Below are positions 24,172 through 29,731 of a DNA stretch of 29,731 nucleotides, piece after piece. The DNA lies in the UHGV virus genome UHGV-2199876. The stretch is one strand, 5' to 3'. A program made the position numbers and the translations under genes. Position 1 is the first letter of the stretch; every line of letters starts with the position of its first letter. The notes below the pieces were generated by a model. The model did no database searches, had not been told where the DNA came from, and worked only from the letters and a program-made list of their open reading frames with translations. Origin of the DNA: a virus.

Positions 24172-24668
24172 TGCAGTCATCATTACGCAAAGCTGTCGCA
24201 ACTGCTATTGGTGGCGGGGCTATTGCCATAGCATCTGTGCTCATCTCTGGTCCGAGCGGCAACGATGGTCTGGAAGGTGTGAGACATAACCCCTACAAAG
24301 ACATCGTTGGTGTATGGACTGTATGTTACGGGCATACAGGAAAAGACATTATGCTCGGTAAAACGTATACCGAAGCAGAATGCAAAGCTCTCCTGAATAA
24401 AGACCTTGCTACTGTCGCCAGACAAATTAACCCGTACATCAAAGTCGATATACCGGAAACAACGCGTGGTGCTCTTTACTCGTTCGTTTACAACGTGGGT
24501 GCAGGCAATTTCAGAACATCGACACTTCTTCGCAAAATCAACCAGGGCGATATCAAAGGTGCATGTGATCAACTACGTCGCTGGACATATGCTGGCGGTA
24601 AGCAATGGAAAGGGCTGATGACTCGCCGTGAGATTGAGCGTGAAGTCTGTTTGTGGGGGCAGCAATGA
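24168..24668 (+). CDS. SAR endolysin (T4-lysozyme-like muramidase with N-terminal signal-anchor-release domain)
   Basis: N-terminal Gly/Ala-rich weak TM segment ([18 protein letters not shown]), then an E-x8-D-x5-T catalytic triad pattern ([16 protein letters not shown]). Confidence 0.85.
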   Translation: MMQSSLRKAVATAIGGGAIAIASVLISGPSGNDGLEGVRHNPYKDIVGVWTVCYGHTGKDIMLGKTYTEAECKALLNKDLATVARQINPYIKVDIPETTRGALYSFVYNVGAGNFRTSTLLRKINQGDIKGACDQLRRWTYAGGKQWKGLMTRREIEREVCLWGQQ

Positions 24669-25132
24669 GCAGAGTAACCGCAATTATCTCCGCACTGGTT
24701 ATCTGCATCATCGTCTGCCTGTCGTGGGCTGTTAATCATTACCGTGATAACGCCATCGCCTACAAAGAACAGCGTGATAAAAAAGTCAGTGAGCTGAAGC
24801 AGGCGACCGCCACCATCGCTGACATGCAGCAGCGTCAGCGTGATGTTGCTGCGCTCGATGCAAAATACACGAAGGAGTTGGCTGATGCGAAAGCTGAAAA
24901 TGATGCTCTTCGGCGCAAGCTTGATAATGGTGGTCGGGTGCTCGTCAAAGGAAAATGCTCTGTGCCATCCTCAGCCGAAACCTCCAGCGCCTCCGGCATG
25001 GGCAATGATGCCACCGTCGAACTCTCTCCAGTTGCTGGACGAAACGTTCTCGGTATCCGGGACGGAATCATCAGAGACCAGACAGCACTGAGAACGCTTC
25101 AGGAATACATCAAGACGCAATGCCCGAATTAA
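24653..25132 (+). CDS. Rz: Rz i-spanin
   Basis: The N-terminus [31 protein letters not shown] matches lambda Rz as I remember it. Coiled-coil periplasmic domain. Confidence 0.85.
   Translation: MGAAMSRVTAIISALVICIIVCLSWAVNHYRDNAIAYKEQRDKKVSELKQATATIADMQQRQRDVAALDAKYTKELADAKAENDALRRKLDNGGRVLVKGKCSVPSSAETSSASGMGNDATVELSPVAGRNVLGIRDGIIRDQTALRTLQEYIKTQCPN
24885..25091 (+). CDS. Rz1: Rz1 o-spanin (lipoprotein embedded in +1 frame of Rz)
   Basis: [21 protein letters not shown]... has a lipobox (VVGC), then a proline-rich stretch [19 protein letters not shown] upstream. Confidence 0.75.
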   Translation: MRKLKMMLFGASLIMVVGCSSKENALCHPQPKPPAPPAWAMMPPSNSLQLLDETFSVSGTESSETRQH

Positions 25133-25173
25133 TCCCTCTGTATCAAAAACGAACTCAATTTGTTGGATAGTGA

Positions 25174-25485
25174 ATGAAAATTTATATTGCCGGGCCAATG
25201 ACTGGATATGAGAACTTTAATCGTGACGCCTTTAATAAAGAGGCAGATCGTTTGTCACGACATGGTCACTCTGTCTTGAATCCAGCCACTTTGCCTAATG
25301 GTCTGACACAACGTGAATACATGGATATTTGCTTTGCAATGCTTCGTTGTGCTGATGCTATTTTGATGCTTCCTGGCTGGAAAGCGTCTGCTGGAGCAAC
25401 TGCTGAGTATCATTACGCATACAAGATGGAGATGCCGGTATTCACTACGCTGAATTACCCGCCAGCTTGTTCCTCTGTAGCATAA
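25174..25485 (+). CDS. DUF4406-like / nucleoside 2-deoxyribosyltransferase-fold protein
   Basis: 103 aa starting MKIYIAGPMTG, with ...NPA... and ...LPGW... The family name is from memory of the motif only. Confidence 0.45.
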   Translation: MKIYIAGPMTGYENFNRDAFNKEADRLSRHGHSVLNPATLPNGLTQREYMDICFAMLRCADAILMLPGWKASAGATAEYHYAYKMEMPVFTTLNYPPACSSVA

Positions 25486-25505
25486 AAATCTCTTTGTTTC
25501 TCGTG

Positions 25506-25521
25506 TGCGACCGTGGTCGCA
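25506..25521. other. sopC-like centromere site (TGCGACC-GT-GGTCGCA)
   Basis: Inverted repeat 20 bp after the DUF4406-like stop and just before direct-repeat copy 1. Confidence 0.6.
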
Positions 25522-25532
25522 CATTAAATACC

Positions 25533-25700
25533 GCGCTGCATCGTCGCCGTATTTCCGCATTAACCATGACCGTAGCCCGACGGGGAACTCCTCTGCGCGA
25601 GTGTGCGGAAATAATCAAAAACGATGCACACCGGGTTTTTACCGCGCTAATGATTCGCGGGTTTGTCCCTCATGCTCGCCAGTCCTGTGCGAGGGTGGAA
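25533..25700 (+). repeat. Direct repeat, copy 1 (about 170 bp)
   Basis: About 90% identical to 26473-26645 (gcgctgcatcgtcgccgtatttccgcattaaccatgaccgtagcccgacgggg...). Confidence 0.8.
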
Positions 25701-25725
25701 GAAACAGGGCATGTATTCAGGAGCG

Positions 25726-25741
25726 TGCGACCGTGGTCGCA
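25726..25741. other. sopC-like centromere site (TGCGACC-GT-GGTCGCA)
   Basis: Inverted repeat about 25 bp upstream of the ATG of the 25765 ORF. Confidence 0.6.
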
Positions 25742-25764
25742 CGGTATCTTTGTCAGGAGGTTTT

Positions 25765-26362
25765 GATGAAAGAGTTGCAAAAAATTAATTCAATAATGGA
25801 AAGATTAAGTGCTCTTGAGCGTAAGCTGGACGATTGTGGAAAGCTGTGTGTTGAAAAGCAAAATGAGCTTTACCGGGAATTTTTTACAATCGTAAGTGAG
25901 CTGATGCCAATTGTTAATAACTGCCTGATGACATCCAGATTTTTTAATGTCGATGCTACTACATCCAGAAAATTTTCTGTGAAAATTCAAGAAAGAGTTT
26001 CTGGTAGTGTGACAAGAGAGATGGCTGAACAGTTGGTGGCAATGAGCAATAAAACAAAAAGAAAAAAGGCATTGCTTGTAACAGCAAATCAGCTTTCAGG
26101 GCGCGTTGACTTTCAGGTCAGACAGGGTGGGCGTGTACTGGTAAATGATGCGTTCGTTGGACGTAGCTTTAGTCCTTACTCGATAAAATATGATGTTGAT
26201 GCAGATGATCAGGATATCAGCATTTCCTGGAAATCTGAGACAGCAGGGATTGTATTAACAGCAGAGTTGTTGAGTGATGATAAAAATGATGTCCAGCATC
26301 ATTTGGACGAAAAGAATCATATTTCTGAAATTTGTATGAAGCCACGCAGCATCACTAATTAA
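25765..26362 (+). CDS. Hypothetical AT-rich moron protein (199 aa)
   Basis: ORF with a CAGGAGG SD at 25754-25760. Visibly more AT-rich than its surroundings. Bracketed by the two direct-repeat copies. The ORF-track N-terminal extension (from 25505) is not credible. Confidence 0.45.
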
Positions 26363-26472
26363 ATAGTCCATTACAAAAGCCATTCGCTACTGAGTGGCTT
26401 TGATAATGGCTTATACCCTGCACGGGATAACTTAACTGATATCCCTTTTAACGGATAAAGGTATTCAAGCCT

Positions 26473-26645
26473 GACACATCATGCGCTGCATCGTCGCCGT
26501 ATTTCCGCATTAACCATGACCGTAGCCCGACGGGGAATTCCTTCTGCGCGAGTGTGCGGAAATAATCAAAAACGATGCACACCGGGTTTTTACCGCGTTT
26601 ATGGTGCGCGGTTTTGTCCCTCATAGTCGCCCGTCCGGTGCGATG
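26473..26645 (+). repeat. Direct repeat, copy 2 (about 170 bp), immediately upstream of cos
   Basis: Paired with 25533-25700. Confidence 0.8.
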
Positions 26646-26724
26646 GTGGAAGAAGCTGGATATTAATGCAAGTGATAATTATTCTCACCTTTGCGGGTCC
26701 TTTCCGGCGATCCGGCAGGCTACG

Positions 26725-26736
26725 GGGCGGAAGGCG
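26725..26736. other. cosN candidate (12-nt cohesive-end segment GGGCGGAAGGCG)
   Basis: The flanking sequence tacg | 12-mer | CGCGGGTTTTCGCTATTTATGAAAATTTTCCGG aligns with the lambda left end as I remember it (GGGCGGCGACCT-CGCGGGTTTTCGC...). It lies 189 bp upstream of the nu1 ATG, as in lambda. Confidence 0.6.
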
Positions 26737-26769
26737 CGCGGGTTTTCGCTATTTATGAAAATTTTCCGG

Positions 26770-26895
26770 TTTAAGGCGTTTCCGTTCTTCTTCTCCGTAA
26801 CTTAATGTTTTTATTTAAAACACCCCCTGAAAAGAAAGGAAACGACAGGTGCTGAAAACAGGCCTTTTGGCCTCTGTCGTTTCCTTTCTCTGTTT
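26770..26895. promoter_or_regulatory. cosB-like terminase-binding region (R3 / R2 / R1-like elements)
   Basis: GGCGTTTCCGTTCTTCTTC, AAGGAAACGACAGGTGCTG and CTGTCGTTTCCTTTCTCTG match the lambda cosB R elements as I remember them. Confidence 0.55.
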
Positions 26896-26913
26896 TTGTC
26901 CGTGGAATGAACA

Positions 26914-27433
26914 ATGGAAGTCAACAAAAAGCAGCTGGCTGAAATTTTCGGTGCGAGTATCCGTACCATTCAGAACTGGCAGGAGCAGGGAATGCCCGTT
27001 CTGCGAGGCGGTGGAAAGGGTAATGAGGTGCTTTATGACTCTGCCGCCGTCATAAAATGGTATGCCGAAAGGGATGCTGAAATTGAGAACGAAAAGCTGC
27101 GCCGGGAGGTTGAAGAATTACGGCTGGCCAGCGAGGCAGATCTTCACCCCGGAACACTTGAATTTGAGCGCCATCGCCTGACTCGTGCTCAGGCGACGGC
27201 GCAGGAACTGAAAAATGCCAAAGAATCGGCTGAAGTGGTGGAAACCGCATTCTGTACTTTCGTGCTGTCGCGTATAGCAAGGGAAATATCCAGTATTCTC
27301 GACGGTATTCCTCTGTCGGTGCAGCGACGTTTTCCTGAGCTGGATAACCGGCATATTGATTTCCTGAAACGGGATATCATCAAAGCCATGAACAAAGCAG
27401 CCGCGCTGGATGAACTGATACCGGGGTTGCTGA

Positions 27434-27459
<26 letters not shown>
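26914..27459 (+). CDS. nu1: Terminase small subunit (lambda Nu1-like)
   Basis: 181 aa. MEVNKKQLAEIFGASIRTIQNWQEQGMPVLRGGGKGNEVLYDSAAVIKWYAERDAEIENEKLRREVEEL is close to lambda Nu1 as I remember it. Confidence 0.9.

Positions 27460-29731
<2,272 letters not shown>

Noticed and set aside
25467-25766. The N-terminal extension of the 285-aa ORF (25505 start) and the 99-aa ORF running through direct-repeat copy 1.
   Set aside because: The extension reads through the direct repeat and a sopC-like site and gives an Arg/Cys/Pro-rich random-like peptide. A strong SD (CAGGAGG) supports the ATG at 25765 as the true start.
26575-27055. 76-aa and 68-aa ORFs across the cos region.
   Set aside because: They overlap cosN, the cosB R-element-like repeats and the start of nu1. 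The region closely matches the non-coding lambda cos segment as I remember it.

Overview
This window reads as most of an N15-like linear plasmid-prophage (phage-plasmid) of an enterobacterium, fused to a lambda-like structural and packaging module. All calls below come from reading the sequence and the supplied ORF track against remembered protein families; no database search was run. Left to right: the 3' end of a J-like tail gene, lom, a lambda Stf-like side tail fibre and a second fibre (1-4720); the SopB/SopA partition operon on the minus strand (5099-7254); a 54-bp perfect palindrome (telRL-like) flanked by inverted AACACAA repeats (tos-like) just upstream of a protelomerase gene telN (7540-9816); a minus-strand block with a truncated Bro-N antirepressor-like ORF, a long untranslated leader, small accessory ORFs and a 1331-aa primase-helicase RepA (9862-16021); a cI-like repressor CB and Cro-like gene with operator repeats (16267-17176); about 6 kb of early/accessory genes including a DEDDh exonuclease, a LexA-box-controlled small ORF, a Gp49/HTH toxin-antitoxin pair and an orphan DNA methyltransferase; a pinholin / SAR-endolysin / Rz-Rz1 lysis cassette; a repeat-flanked moron; a cos region; and lambda-like nu1, A, W and the start of B. 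Five copies of a sopC-like inverted repeat (TGCGACC-N2-GGTCGCA) are scattered through the replication and late regions rather than sitting beside sopB. No integrase, tRNA, CRISPR array or IS element was seen. The window is contiguous across both the telomere-resolution palindrome and cosN, so it matches neither the hairpin-ended prophage nor the cos-ended virion as a linear molecule.
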